Positions 11,481-21,479 are shown, counted from the stretch's first letter. The stretch: 64,000 bases of DNA from Vulcanimicrobiota bacterium (GCA_963833095.1 CAWHWQ010000002.1:96001-160000), one strand, 5' to 3'. Notes: generated by a model from the sequence alone, not told the origin. Made by a program: numbers and translations.

Positions 11481-13294
11481 TCCGCTGCCACCGCCGGCTC
11501 GCGCTCGGCCTCCAGCAGCGGATCCACGATCGAATGCGCGTCAATCGGCACACCGTTGTAGTGCCGCACCGATTGAATTCGCGAGACGAGATGATCGGGC
11601 AGCTCGATGCGCAACAAGCCGAAGAGTTGCCCGTCGCGATTCTGCTCGACGACGTACACGCGCTCGTGGCGCGCGATAAATGCCGCAACTTCGGGCGAAA
11701 ATGGCAACGCGCGCACCCGCAGATAATCGGTTTCTATGCCGGCATTGCGCAGAATATCGCGCGCTTCGATGACCGCGTGATGCGTTGTTCCATAAGCTAA
11801 TATTGCCGCCGGATGTCCCTGTTCGTCGACGATGGGCTGTGGTACGGCCGTGCGCGCCGTCTCGTGCTTGCGCACCAACCGATCGAGATTGCGCTGCCAC
11901 ACATCGGGCATCTCCGAGTACCGCGCCTCTTCATCATGGCCGGTGCCGCGCGTAAAGTAGCCGGCGCCGTTGTGATTGGTTCCCGGTAAGGTGCGATAGG
12001 GAATGCCGTCGCGATCGACGTCGCGATAGCGTCCCCACGATTCGAGCTTGTTGAGATCTTTTTCGTTGAGCACTTTGCCTCGATCGAAAGGTTTTTGCGG
12101 ATACGGCAGCGGCTGCGTCAGCCACGAGTTCATGCCCAGATCGAGATCGGAGAGCACGAAGATCGGCGTCTGAAAACGATCCGCCAGATCGAAGGCTTCC
12201 ATCGACATCTCGTAGGCCTCTTCCACGGTTGCGGGGAGGAGCACGATGTGTTTCGTGTCACCATGCGAGAGCGTGTACGCAAACGACACGTCGCCTTGCA
12301 TCGTGCGCGTTGGAAGTCCGGTCGACGGCCCCGCGCGCTGCACGTCGAAAATCACCGCCGGCACTTCGGCGTAGTAGCCGTAGCCGGCCCATTCCGCCAT
12401 CAGCGAAATGCCCGGGCCCGACGTCGACGTCATGGCGCGCGCTCCGGCCCACCCGGCGCCGAGCACCATGCCGATCGCGGCGAGTTCGTCTTCGGCCTGC
12501 ACGATCGCGACCCGCTTCTCGCCGGTCTGCGGATCGACGCGGAATTTCTCGGCGAGCGCTATAAAATTTTCACATAGGGATGACGACGGCGTGATCGGAT
12601 ACCACGCCGCAACCGTGCAGCCGCCCTGAATGCAACCGAGCGCAGCCGCGCGATTGCCGTCGAGGAACGAACGTCCCTCGGTTTGGCCGCTCATGCGTTC
12701 GAGCGCAAAGCGATCGCCTTTGGTCAAATGTTCGCGCGCATAGGAGAAACCGATGCGCACCGCTTCGACATTGGTTGCCGCAGCCTTCGCCTTACGTTTG
12801 AATTGGCCGGCGATCGCAGCCTCGACGTCGGCTTCGCCGATGCCCAGCAATTCGGCGACGACGCCGACGTAGATCATGTTGAGCAAATACTTACGCAGGG
12901 TACCGTCGCTAAAGTTCGTCTTGGCCAGCTCATTGAACGGTACGGCGTAATAGACGATGTCGTCGCGCAGACTCTCGCCCGCGACCGGATAGGTCGCCTC
13001 GTGAATCACCGCACCCCCCGCTTTGACGCCGGCGATATCGGTGCGCCATGTTGCCGTATTGAGCGCAACCAGTAGGTCGACGTCGCGCGTGCGGCATTGA
13101 TAGCCTTTGGATGAAATGCGAACGTCAAACCATGTGGGCAACCCCTCGATGTTCGAGGGGAAAACGTTTTTCGGAGCGACCGGGATGCCTAAACGAAAGA
13201 TCGCGTTGGTGAGGACGAGATTTGAGGATTGACTGCCCGAACCGTTAACTGTGGCAACCCGGATCGTGAAATCGTTGGTGGCCCGTTGGTGCAT
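11477..13294 (-). CDS. korA: 2-oxoacid:ferredoxin oxidoreductase alpha (gamma-alpha fused) subunit
   Basis: YPITPS, QAEDELAA, TSGPG, QRAGPSTGLPT. Confidence 0.9.
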   Translation of the reverse strand: MHQRATNDFTIRVATVNGSGSQSSNLVLTNAIFRLGIPVAPKNVFPSNIEGLPTWFDVRISSKGYQCRTRDVDLLVALNTATWRTDIAGVKAGGAVIHEATYPVAGESLRDDIVYYAVPFNELAKTNFSDGTLRKYLLNMIYVGVVAELLGIGEADVEAAIAGQFKRKAKAAATNVEAVRIGFSYAREHLTKGDRFALERMSGQTEGRSFLDGNRAAALGCIQGGCTVAAWYPITPSSSLCENFIALAEKFRVDPQTGEKRVAIVQAEDELAAIGMVLGAGWAGARAMTSTSGPGISLMAEWAGYGYYAEVPAVIFDVQRAGPSTGLPTRTMQGDVSFAYTLSHGDTKHIVLLPATVEEAYEMSMEAFDLADRFQTPIFVLSDLDLGMNSWLTQPLPYPQKPFDRGKVLNEKDLNKLESWGRYRDVDRDGIPYRTLPGTNHNGAGYFTRGTGHDEEARYSEMPDVWQRNLDRLVRKHETARTAVPQPIVDEQGHPAAILAYGTTHHAVIEARDILRNAGIETDYLRVRALPFSPEVAAFIARHERVYVVEQNRDGQLFGLLRIELPDHLVSRIQSVRHYNGVPIDAHSIVDPLLEAEREPAVAAE

Positions 13295-13375
13295 GCTTCT
13301 GCTACCTTTGTGGCTTTAGCCCCGAGCCCTTCCCTTGACGGAAGGACTCCTGCCGCGATAACCCAAGTCGGCAAC

Positions 13376-14005
13376 ATGAAGCAGATCGCAATTGCCGCCC
13401 TCGCTGCCCTCGTCGTACTGGGAGGCTGCGGCAGAAGCTCCAACGTCACCACGCAAAGCGCGGTCACGGGCGCCCCCGCTGCGGACGGCGCCGTGCTGGT
13501 GAAATCCGGCACGGAGTTCCGCGGAAAACTGCAACAAGAGATCGCGACCAATAAGAGCCACGACGGCGATACATTCACCATCGTGCAACAAGACACGCTC
13601 ATGCACAAAGATCCGGCGCTTCATGGCGTGATCGTCGAAGGTCACCTAGCGAACGTTTCGGCAGCAGGGCTGGGCAAGAAACCCGCGATGACGATCGTTT
13701 TTGACGATGTGCGGATGCCGGATGGCCAGACCGCGCCGATTCACGTTCAGATCGTCAACGTCGGCGCTTTCGATGCCAAGACGCATCACTGGCGCACGGT
13801 GGGCATGGTGTTGGGGGCGGGAATCGCGGGGCACATGGCTGCGGGAAAGCATCACGGCGGCACGATGGGCGCGGCCGGCGCCTATGTGCTCTCGCAACAG
13901 ATGAAAACGAATGTCGACGTGAAACCCGGCACGCTCGTCGAACTGAAGTTCTTGAACGACGCGGTTGCTGCGACGAGTCCGGCGCCTACCGGAAGCGGCA
14001 CCTAG
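13376..14005 (+). CDS. Putative lipoprotein, unknown function
   Basis: Signal peptide with lipobox LGGC; beta-rich body with Gly/Ala-rich segment. Confidence 0.7.
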   Translation: MKQIAIAALAALVVLGGCGRSSNVTTQSAVTGAPAADGAVLVKSGTEFRGKLQQEIATNKSHDGDTFTIVQQDTLMHKDPALHGVIVEGHLANVSAAGLGKKPAMTIVFDDVRMPDGQTAPIHVQIVNVGAFDAKTHHWRTVGMVLGAGIAGHMAAGKHHGGTMGAAGAYVLSQQMKTNVDVKPGTLVELKFLNDAVAATSPAPTGSGT

Positions 14006-14340
14006 TACGTTCGGTTCGCGATACTGAAATACAAGACGGCAAGCAATGCGAGCGGTATAATCGTCCGGGTGATATAGATCGCGATTACGGCACGCGCGTG
14101 CGCGCTCTCGGGTGAAAACGCGGCATAGCGAGTTGCCGCAAGCTCCTCGACTGACGTCATGCCCGCCATTTTCCGAGCGGACCGGTCGACGAAATAGAAA
14201 ACGACGAGCATAAAGGGCCAAACCCAAAACGTGTGCGGGGCCTTCACGAAGACATAACCGAGGCCGACCGCATAGGCGATCGCGAGGATCGCGACGACGA
14301 CGATCCATATTCGGCGCACGCGAGTCTCGAACGCACTCAT
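14002..14340 (-). CDS. Hypothetical membrane protein
   Basis: Three hydrophobic segments; ATGA overlap with upstream small gene. Confidence 0.6.
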   Translation of the reverse strand: MSAFETRVRRIWIVVVAILAIAYAVGLGYVFVKAPHTFWVWPFMLVVFYFVDRSARKMAGMTSVEELAATRYAAFSPESAHARAVIAIYITRTIIPLALLAVLYFSIANRTY

Positions 14341-14594
14341 GCGGTCTGTCCTGCTCGAAGCACGGCGACGCCGATAAGAAGGCCGGCGAGCCCAAGTGCC
14401 ACGTCCGCCATGCGAAGAAGCGGCGCCGTCGGGAGAGGCGTGATTCCTTGGTAGAGCGCGAAGACGCCGCATCCAATCAAAGCGATCGACCATTGCCGAA
14501 CCGGCGCACAATCAATTCGGCGAACCAGCAAGAGTGTAATGCTGCAGGCGACGACCGCTATCAGCGCCAGCGCGGCGAGTACGGTACTAGCCAT
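14337..14594 (-). CDS. Small hypothetical membrane protein
   Basis: 85 aa, three hydrophobic segments. Confidence 0.55.
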   Translation of the reverse strand: MASTVLAALALIAVVACSITLLLVRRIDCAPVRQWSIALIGCGVFALYQGITPLPTAPLLRMADVALGLAGLLIGVAVLRAGQTA

Positions 14595-14769
14595 CGACGC
14601 TTCTAGAGAGCAAAAAGATCATACAGGTCTCCGAACTGAAAAATCGGGTCCTCGCTGTCGACGGTCTGGCTTAAGCCATACCACCCGGATAACGATCTAA
14701 GCAACTCTTCCGCCTTTTCGCTCGACAACTTCAACAGCGCGGCAGATCGAGAAACTGACACTGTGTTGC

Positions 14770-15042
14770 TCAACAAGATATCGTCGATGAAGCGTAACCG
14801 TGGAGCGTCCCGATCGTGACGTCTGCGACGGCATTGCCGTGTTCGTCGACAGTCATCCCCGCGCCGCGCGCCGCCGTACGATCGATCACCAAAGCCGACG
14901 TACCCGTATCGAGATGAAACCAAAGATGATGTCCGTTGATATCGGCCCCGACGAGCACGCGACCTGGAAAGAGCGCCGGAATGACCTGTGGAGTGGTGGC
15001 GTCGCTCAAAAAGAGCTGGGCCGCAAGAACCAGCCCAATCAA
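14770..15042 (-). pseudogene. Truncated retropepsin-like aspartyl protease
   Basis: INGHHLWFHLDTGTSALVID motif; ends before the expected C-terminal G-x-x-G motif, at a junction with more AT-rich sequence. Confidence 0.55.
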
Positions 15043-15689
15043 CGTTTTTCCGTTACGTTCGTCGACGGCGGCATGCGCGTCGCGACCTGATAGTTGGAGA
15101 ACGTGGCCCACGCCATCGCGCGATATTGCGGCATCACGATCTCGGCTTCTTCGGTCGACGGAAAGGAGAAGCCGCCGACCGTTTGCGGAACGATCGTGAG
15201 TTTGACGTGTCCACCGTAATCATACGTCCAGAGAATCTGCAAGAGCCCCTGCGACGGATCGATCTGCGCACGTGCCTCGACTAGCGGACTCTTTTTCACA
15301 TCGTGCATCGAAAGCGTCGTGACGTTGCCTTGCGACCCCGCGACGGACATCGTATAGAGTGACGGCCAGTTGGAAACGTCGAGCGCGCTCATCGGCATCG
15401 TATCGTAGCCGCGCCCGAACCACGGCACATTATCGAAATGCACGCTGTAGTCGCCGCCGCGCGTATACGTTCCATGCCCGTGTAGCGTGAAACGAATCCA
15501 CGGAAAGGTCAGCAGCGCGATGCGCGCGTCGACATCAAAGGTGTAGTGTTGCAAAGCGGCATTGCGCCCCGCGAACGAGGCAATAACCGCCGGCGGAGAC
15601 GGCGGTGCCGAGGCGACCGTTGCAGCGGGTTGCGGCGCCTGCGCAGTCAGGAACAGCGCGGCGATGAGAATGGGAACGCGGCGGAGCAT
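15039..15689 (-). CDS. Secreted hypothetical protein
   Basis: N-terminal signal peptide, Pro/Ala linker, beta-strand-rich body. Confidence 0.7.
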   Translation of the reverse strand: MLRRVPILIAALFLTAQAPQPAATVASAPPSPPAVIASFAGRNAALQHYTFDVDARIALLTFPWIRFTLHGHGTYTRGGDYSVHFDNVPWFGRGYDTMPMSALDVSNWPSLYTMSVAGSQGNVTTLSMHDVKKSPLVEARAQIDPSQGLLQILWTYDYGGHVKLTIVPQTVGGFSFPSTEEAEIVMPQYRAMAWATFSNYQVATRMPPSTNVTEKR

Positions 15690-15760
15690 GCTTGGGATAT
15701 TTCGTCGGGTAAGTAGCCGGCCCCTTACGACTTTTGTTGGTTTTGATTAGAAGCAAGCAG

Positions 15761-16297
15761 CTACGGCTTGGCTGCCGTGTGCGAAAGCAGCTTGAGCTTG
15801 CGGTCGACGATTGTGTAGGTGTCGGTGGAATACCTCGACGGGCAACAGTTCGGGTCACCTACGGCGTAGTCGGGGTACGTCGCGACGATGCCGCGGTAGG
15901 TGATGTTGACTTCGAGGTGTCCTCCCGAAGAGATCTGTCCAAGGTAGTACGGCGTCGCATCTTGGATATCGCGCGCGAAGAGAATCTGCGTAAAAATGCC
16001 GCCGCTACCACCACTCTCGAGGGGAACCGACATCACCTGGGTGCCCCCGGCCACGAGCCCGATCGAGGCGGCGTCGGCGTCGATGTAGCCGCCGACCTGT
16101 TCGTGCTCGTCGACCGAACGGACGTAGGGATGGGTCTGCGGATCCCACCCGAACGATTGAGGAACCGTGGTGTCAATTGTCAACGCCGGGGTGGCGCGAA
16201 TGAGCGCGATGATGCTTGCGGAATCGGTCGTCATCCCGAGCATAGGAATGGCGAACGCAGCAAAGAGGACGATGAGCAGAACCTTGCGAGCCAGCAT
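15761..16297 (-). CDS. Secreted protein with DPNCCPS motif (LppP/LprE-like)
   Basis: Signal peptide; SGGSGG and YAVGDPNCCPS motifs; TG-N-TATGAT 7 nt upstream of ATG. Confidence 0.65.
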   Translation of the reverse strand: MLARKVLLIVLFAAFAIPMLGMTTDSASIIALIRATPALTIDTTVPQSFGWDPQTHPYVRSVDEHEQVGGYIDADAASIGLVAGGTQVMSVPLESGGSGGIFTQILFARDIQDATPYYLGQISSGGHLEVNITYRGIVATYPDYAVGDPNCCPSRYSTDTYTIVDRKLKLLSHTAAKP

Positions 16298-16312
16298 GCG
16301 GTTGATCATACC

Positions 16313-18274
16313 ATGACGAGCACCGTTGCCCCGGTTACGACGCGCGAGGAGTTGCTGTACCTTCTTACACGCGCATGCGAACTCGAACACAATTTGGCGT
16401 GCGTCTATTTGTACGCCGGCTATTCGCTTAAGACCGAACTACACGAAGGCGGCATGACGCCCGACGAGCTCGCGGCGGTTCGCGGCTGGAAGCGCAAACT
16501 CGCGCACGTCGCGGTTGAAGAAATGCTGCACCTCGGGCAAGTCTGCAATCTCGCGACGGCAGTAGGTGGAGCGCCGCACTTCGCGCGCTCTAACTTCCCG
16601 ATCGCGGCGACCGCGTTTCCCTTCGGCATCGAGATGTCGCTCGAGCCGTTCTCCAGAGGGCTTAGCGAGCGCTTCGTGTGCTACGAGATGCCCGACGACG
16701 GCGTGCTGCCCAAGGAGCGCATGGGCGAATACGACGAGATCTTCGCGCGGGTAGCACACTGCACGCCGAACGAGCAAATCCGCGTGCAGAACAGCGTCGA
16801 GCCGTTCGACGTCGATTTTCGCACCATCGGCGAATTTTATCGCAAGATCGAATCGGCGTTTTCGTGCATCGAACCGGCGCGGCTCTTTATTGGCGATCCC
16901 GTCGCGCAGGCCAATCCGCGCTACCTCGATTTCCCGCGCGAGCTTATCCAAGTTACCGATGCAGACTCAGCCCAGCGCGCCATCGAGATGATCATCGAGC
17001 AGGGTGAATCACCGACCGAAGAGCACCCCGAAGCGCACTTCTGTATTTTCGATGCAATACGCCGCGAATATGCTGCGCTCACCGAGAACGCGCAGCGCCA
17101 AGGACGTGCGTTCAACCCCATACGCCCGCTACTGAGCAATCCGAGCACGCGCGGTATTGCCGAAACCCCGGGCACCAATCGCATTACCGATCCGGTCGCG
17201 CAGGAGCTTGCCGGCCTCTTTAACAGCACCTACGCGCTCATGCTTTCGATGCTCGCGCGCTTTTTTGCGCACGCCGACGAGACGGAAGAAGAGATGCGCT
17301 TGATGGCGCGGGGCACGCTGCGCATCATGGCTTCGGGTTTGCGACCGCTCGGTGAAGCGCTATCCAAAACGCCGGCGGGACGCGAATACCCCGGCATGAA
17401 TGCGGGACCCGGCTTCGGATTCACGCGCAGCATCCACTTACTTGCGCACAAGCAGGCCGCATGGATCTATTTCTCCGAGCGCCTCTACGATCTCTCGACG
17501 CGACTGACGCGGCTTGCCGACGAAGCCGGCCTCCCACAGGAAGTGCAGGAGGCCGCGGCTGCAATCGAATCGGTTGCCGACCATCTCGCGCCGTTCATCC
17601 CGGCGCAATTCGCGATGTCGATTCGCAGCGATGCCGACGAACGCAATGCCCGCACGACGATTCGTCCCGAGATCGACGGGCCGTATATCGTACGCAATCT
17701 GCGCAAGCTCACTAACTCCAAGGGAGAGACGCTAGCCGTTCGGCCGCTGGTTGCGCTTTGCCGGTGCGGCGGTTCGAGCATCAAACCGTACTGCGACGGA
17801 ACCCATTCGCGCAACGGTTTCAGCAGCGAAAAGGACCCCGAACGGGTATCCGATCGCCTGGATCGTTATGAAACGAACGACATCACCGTTCTCGACAATC
17901 GGGGTACATGCTGCCATTTCGGCAACTGTACCGACACGCTCCCCAGCGTCTTTCACGCAGCCGGCGAACCGTTTGTCACGCCCGACGGCGCGACTCCCGA
18001 CGCCATTGTGGATGTCGTTCGCGCTTGTCCCTCCGGCGCGCTAGGATTCATTCGTGACGGCGTGGTGTATGAAGGCGAAGCGCGTGAGCCCGAGATCTAT
18101 GTGGCCGAGAACGCGAGCTACTACGTACGCGGCGGCATCGAACTGGAGGGCGAGCCCATGAATGCCGGCGCCAGTCGCGAGCACTATGCGCTGTGCCGCT
18201 GCGGGCACTCCAAGAACAAGCCCTTTTGCGACGGCACGCACTGGTGGATCAAGTTCCAAGACCCTGAGAATTAG
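16313..18274 (+). CDS. Ferritin-like (VioB/RebD-type) di-iron domain fused to CDGSH + divergent 4Fe-4S (Fer4_19-like) + CDGSH domains
   Basis: ELEHNL..YLYAGYSL, VEEMLHL, TIGEFY, IIEQGE, AHF; CRCGGSSIKPYCDGTH; CCHFGNC...CPSGAL; CRCGHSKNKPFCDGTH. Confidence 0.85.
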   Translation: MTSTVAPVTTREELLYLLTRACELEHNLACVYLYAGYSLKTELHEGGMTPDELAAVRGWKRKLAHVAVEEMLHLGQVCNLATAVGGAPHFARSNFPIAATAFPFGIEMSLEPFSRGLSERFVCYEMPDDGVLPKERMGEYDEIFARVAHCTPNEQIRVQNSVEPFDVDFRTIGEFYRKIESAFSCIEPARLFIGDPVAQANPRYLDFPRELIQVTDADSAQRAIEMIIEQGESPTEEHPEAHFCIFDAIRREYAALTENAQRQGRAFNPIRPLLSNPSTRGIAETPGTNRITDPVAQELAGLFNSTYALMLSMLARFFAHADETEEEMRLMARGTLRIMASGLRPLGEALSKTPAGREYPGMNAGPGFGFTRSIHLLAHKQAAWIYFSERLYDLSTRLTRLADEAGLPQEVQEAAAAIESVADHLAPFIPAQFAMSIRSDADERNARTTIRPEIDGPYIVRNLRKLTNSKGETLAVRPLVALCRCGGSSIKPYCDGTHSRNGFSSEKDPERVSDRLDRYETNDITVLDNRGTCCHFGNCTDTLPSVFHAAGEPFVTPDGATPDAIVDVVRACPSGALGFIRDGVVYEGEAREPEIYVAENASYYVRGGIELEGEPMNAGASREHYALCRCGHSKNKPFCDGTHWWIKFQDPEN

Positions 18275-18288
18275 CGTATACTAGCGGC

Positions 18289-19767
18289 ATGAAGCGAATG
18301 GCCGCTCTTACCGTTGGCGTCGCCGCCCTCGCGCTTCTGTGCGCGCAGACGGCCCGTTCGGCCAACGACAACGCCCTTCCAATAATTCCTCAAGCAACCC
18401 CGGCGAGCGGCATTACGACGCTGACGCTGACCGCTCAGGAGAACGACGGGCATGCTGCCATGTCGTACCGCGGCGCATTTGTGCCGCCGACGATCCGCGT
18501 TGTTCCCGGCGGCGAGTTGCGCATTACCTATGTGAACGACCTACCGGTCCACACCACCGAGCAATGCGCGCTCGGAACGTGCATGGATACGACGAATCTC
18601 CATTTCCACGGCATGGAGGTGTCACCGCGGGCTCCTCAGGACGACGTTATTACGATGCTCGCCGCGCCGGGACAAACGTTGCATTACGACGTGCAGGTTC
18701 CAAGCGACGTACCGCCCGGACTCTACTGGTTTCACACACACCCGATGGCTGAGAGCGAGGAGCAAGATCTTGACGGAATGTCGGGTGCGATCGTCGTCGA
18801 GGGCATCGACCGCTACGTGCCGCAGGTTCGTAGCATGCCCGAACGTGTGCTCGTGCTGCGCACGACGCCGATTGCGCGGTACGGCCCGGCACCGCTCAAG
18901 CTGATGCGCTTGCTCGATGTCGGCAACGGCCTTGCGTGCCGTTCGGAGCTTCAACCGCCGACCGCCCTCTTTACCGTGAACGGCGCGTTTCGTCCGTCAA
19001 TTGCGATTGCACCGGAAGAGCGGCAGTTTTGGCGGATCGTCAACGCTTCGGCTGATACCTACACCGATCTGCGTGTCGACGGATCGTCGCTGCGCGTTGT
19101 CGCATTCGACGGAGAGCCGATCGCCTTACACGACCCGCAGCATCCGATGCGCACGTTCACGCACGTCGTGGTGCCGCCGGCCGGACGCATCGAAGCGATC
19201 GTGACCGGACCGCCCGCCGGAATTCATGCCACGCTGCGGACGCATTGCGTCAATTCGGGGCCGGACGGCGACCCGATGCGCGGTCAAGTGCTAGCAGACA
19301 TTGCATCCAACGACACCAGGCCACGGCCGCCGCCCGTGCCCACAGTCTCCGGCGCCCCAACGTACCGAGTCGTCGACGTTTCAAAGATCGAGCAAGCTCC
19401 GCCGAGTTTCGTCGCGACGTTTACGGAAGGCCATCATCGGTTTTACATCAACGGCCAGATGTATTCGGATGCTGCCCCGCCGATGGCAACCGTGAAAGTT
19501 GGCACGTACGTTCACTGGCGCATCGTCAACCGAACGCACGAGATTCATCCGTTTCACATTCATCAGGTCCATTTTTTGACGTACGCCGTCAACGGAAAAC
19601 CGGTCGCCGATCCGATTTGGGCCGATACGATGAACGTTCCACTCCAGCAAAGCATCGACGTCATTCTCGACGCGTCCTACGTGCATATCCGTGGCATGTC
19701 GGTGTTCCATTGCCACATCCTCAGTCACGAGGACAAGGGCATGATGGCCAAAGTGCTCTTTATCTGA
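18289..19767 (+). CDS. Secreted multicopper oxidase (laccase-like)
   Basis: HFHG, YWFHTH, HPFHIH, HCHILSHEDKGMM; signal peptide. Confidence 0.92.
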   Translation: MKRMAALTVGVAALALLCAQTARSANDNALPIIPQATPASGITTLTLTAQENDGHAAMSYRGAFVPPTIRVVPGGELRITYVNDLPVHTTEQCALGTCMDTTNLHFHGMEVSPRAPQDDVITMLAAPGQTLHYDVQVPSDVPPGLYWFHTHPMAESEEQDLDGMSGAIVVEGIDRYVPQVRSMPERVLVLRTTPIARYGPAPLKLMRLLDVGNGLACRSELQPPTALFTVNGAFRPSIAIAPEERQFWRIVNASADTYTDLRVDGSSLRVVAFDGEPIALHDPQHPMRTFTHVVVPPAGRIEAIVTGPPAGIHATLRTHCVNSGPDGDPMRGQVLADIASNDTRPRPPPVPTVSGAPTYRVVDVSKIEQAPPSFVATFTEGHHRFYINGQMYSDAAPPMATVKVGTYVHWRIVNRTHEIHPFHIHQVHFLTYAVNGKPVADPIWADTMNVPLQQSIDVILDASYVHIRGMSVFHCHILSHEDKGMMAKVLFI

Positions 19768-19844
19768 CCCACATACAAGCGACCCGGCGTTAGAGTTCGA
19801 TGAATGTCCTAATGCAGGCACAGACATTTGTCGATCACTGAAGT

Positions 19845-20906
19845 GTGAAGGTCAGGCATCTGCTTAGCGCAAGCGCGCTTTTAGCGGCGGGCTTCTTTCT
19901 CGCGTGCGCACCGATTGCGCTCGACGCGCGCCGGGCTCCCGCGCTCAACGTCGGCACGACCATGATCGATGGCCGAGTCGTTCAGTTTGTGATCGCGCGA
20001 CTCGATCGAGTACAGGTTCACGCCGCGCTCGGAGGTTCCGAGGTCGGAGACACCGCTTGGCTCTCCGACATTGCAAGGCACCAAAACGCAATAGCCGCCA
20101 TTAATGGCGGCTATTTTGAAGCGTATGCCAAGCACGTGCCGCGCAAGAACCTGGATCAAACGACGGTGATCGACGGCTCGATGGTTTTCAAGGGCGACGT
20201 CGGCAGCGTGCTCTACTTCGATCGCGGTAATCACGCGACGATCGAGCGCATCCCGCTACGCATCGACGGTTCACTGGACGGCAACTCGACCTATCCAAAC
20301 AACTGGTACGCGTATTGGTTCAACCGTCTCCCGGGCCCGACGGGCGAGACCATCACCATTTTCACGCCGGCGTGGGGCCATTCAACGGGACTGGCCGGTG
20401 GCCCGCAGATCCAAGTCACTGGCGGCGTCGTCTCGCAGATCAACTACGGACCGACGCGCATTCCAAGCGACGGTTACGTCATCTACTTCCGCGGCGAGTA
20501 TCCGGTCGCATCGCGCTTCTGGGTGGGGCGGCGCGCATCGTATACCGTAACGGCCGAGGACGGTTCGGCGCCAGGCGTTGCGAATGCGTGGGAGGCAATC
20601 GGCGGCGGACCGCAATTGCTCGTCGAGGGCATGGAGTTCGCCGATCCGGCCGCTGAGGGATTCAAAGATCCAAAGGTGTTTCGTTCGGGTAAACGCGCGA
20701 TGGTCGGCGTAAGCGAGGATCAATCCGAGCTGATCTTTGCCGTCGCGAGCGGCTCGCTGGATCAATGCGCGCACATTATGAAGAAGCTCGGCGCTTACGA
20801 CGCGATGAACCTCGACGGCGGCGCATCAACCGGCTTGTGGGCGAACGGAAAGTATCTCGTCTCCCCCGGCCGCCGAATCAACAACGCGCTGCTACTGACG
20901 CGATAG
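19845..20906 (+). CDS. Phosphodiester glycosidase (NAGPA/DUF2233) family secreted protein
   Basis: AAINGGYF, AIGGGPQL, AMNLDGGAS. Confidence 0.85.
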   Translation: MKVRHLLSASALLAAGFFLACAPIALDARRAPALNVGTTMIDGRVVQFVIARLDRVQVHAALGGSEVGDTAWLSDIARHQNAIAAINGGYFEAYAKHVPRKNLDQTTVIDGSMVFKGDVGSVLYFDRGNHATIERIPLRIDGSLDGNSTYPNNWYAYWFNRLPGPTGETITIFTPAWGHSTGLAGGPQIQVTGGVVSQINYGPTRIPSDGYVIYFRGEYPVASRFWVGRRASYTVTAEDGSAPGVANAWEAIGGGPQLLVEGMEFADPAAEGFKDPKVFRSGKRAMVGVSEDQSELIFAVASGSLDQCAHIMKKLGAYDAMNLDGGASTGLWANGKYLVSPGRRINNALLLTR

Positions 20907-20908
20907 CA

Positions 20909-21430
20909 CTAGGGCGCGGCTACGGAATAGATCGCTAGCACTTCCTCGTCGTTTGCGTCGAACGTCGTGTTGCCGCCGCCGGCCCCGAAGCTCACCGTCG
21001 TGCCGTTCGCTGTTGCCGGTCCTTCCAGGGCCGGAAGCCATGAGATGCCGTTACTGCTTGCCGCGAAGTAGAACTAGCGATTCGTGGTGAGCACGCCCGC
21101 GGGCAGCGAGACCGTGAGCGACGGGAGCCCGCTAGCGTATTCGGTCGAGCTGAACGTCAGGCCGAATTAGACCACATCCTGAGTCGTGGGATTTGTCGAC
21201 GTGAACGGCAGGCCGATCGGCAAGAGCGACGTGTTCGTAGTGACCGTCGCAGACGAGAAGCAGCCCGACGCGGACGTGATCGTCCCCGATGCAGAAAAGC
21301 CCGCGAGCGCGGGAAAATTCATCGAATAGCTGGTGGGTGAGCAGCCTGCGCTGCCGAGTATCCCGCCGCCGCCGCTACCGCTGAGCGCGAAGAACGAGGC
21401 ACATAGCAAGAAGGCCGTGCGTTTAACCAT
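20909..21430 (-). pseudogene. Decayed secreted/lipoprotein gene with two in-frame stops (TAA 21167-21169, TAG 21074-21076)
   Basis: Frame continues plausibly through both stops (QDVV*FGLTFSS...TNR*FYFAAS...GPATANGTTVSF); lipobox-like LSG(S)GGGG lacks Cys. Confidence 0.7.
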
Positions 21431-21479
21431 GAGCCAATCGTACCATGCGAACGCTAGTCCGTTTGGCCCACCGCTCGAC

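Noticed and set aside
15734..16312. N-terminal 193-aa extension of the 846-aa ORF
   Set aside because: It is the antisense of the 15761-16297 gene; ferritin-like similarity starts at ATG 16313
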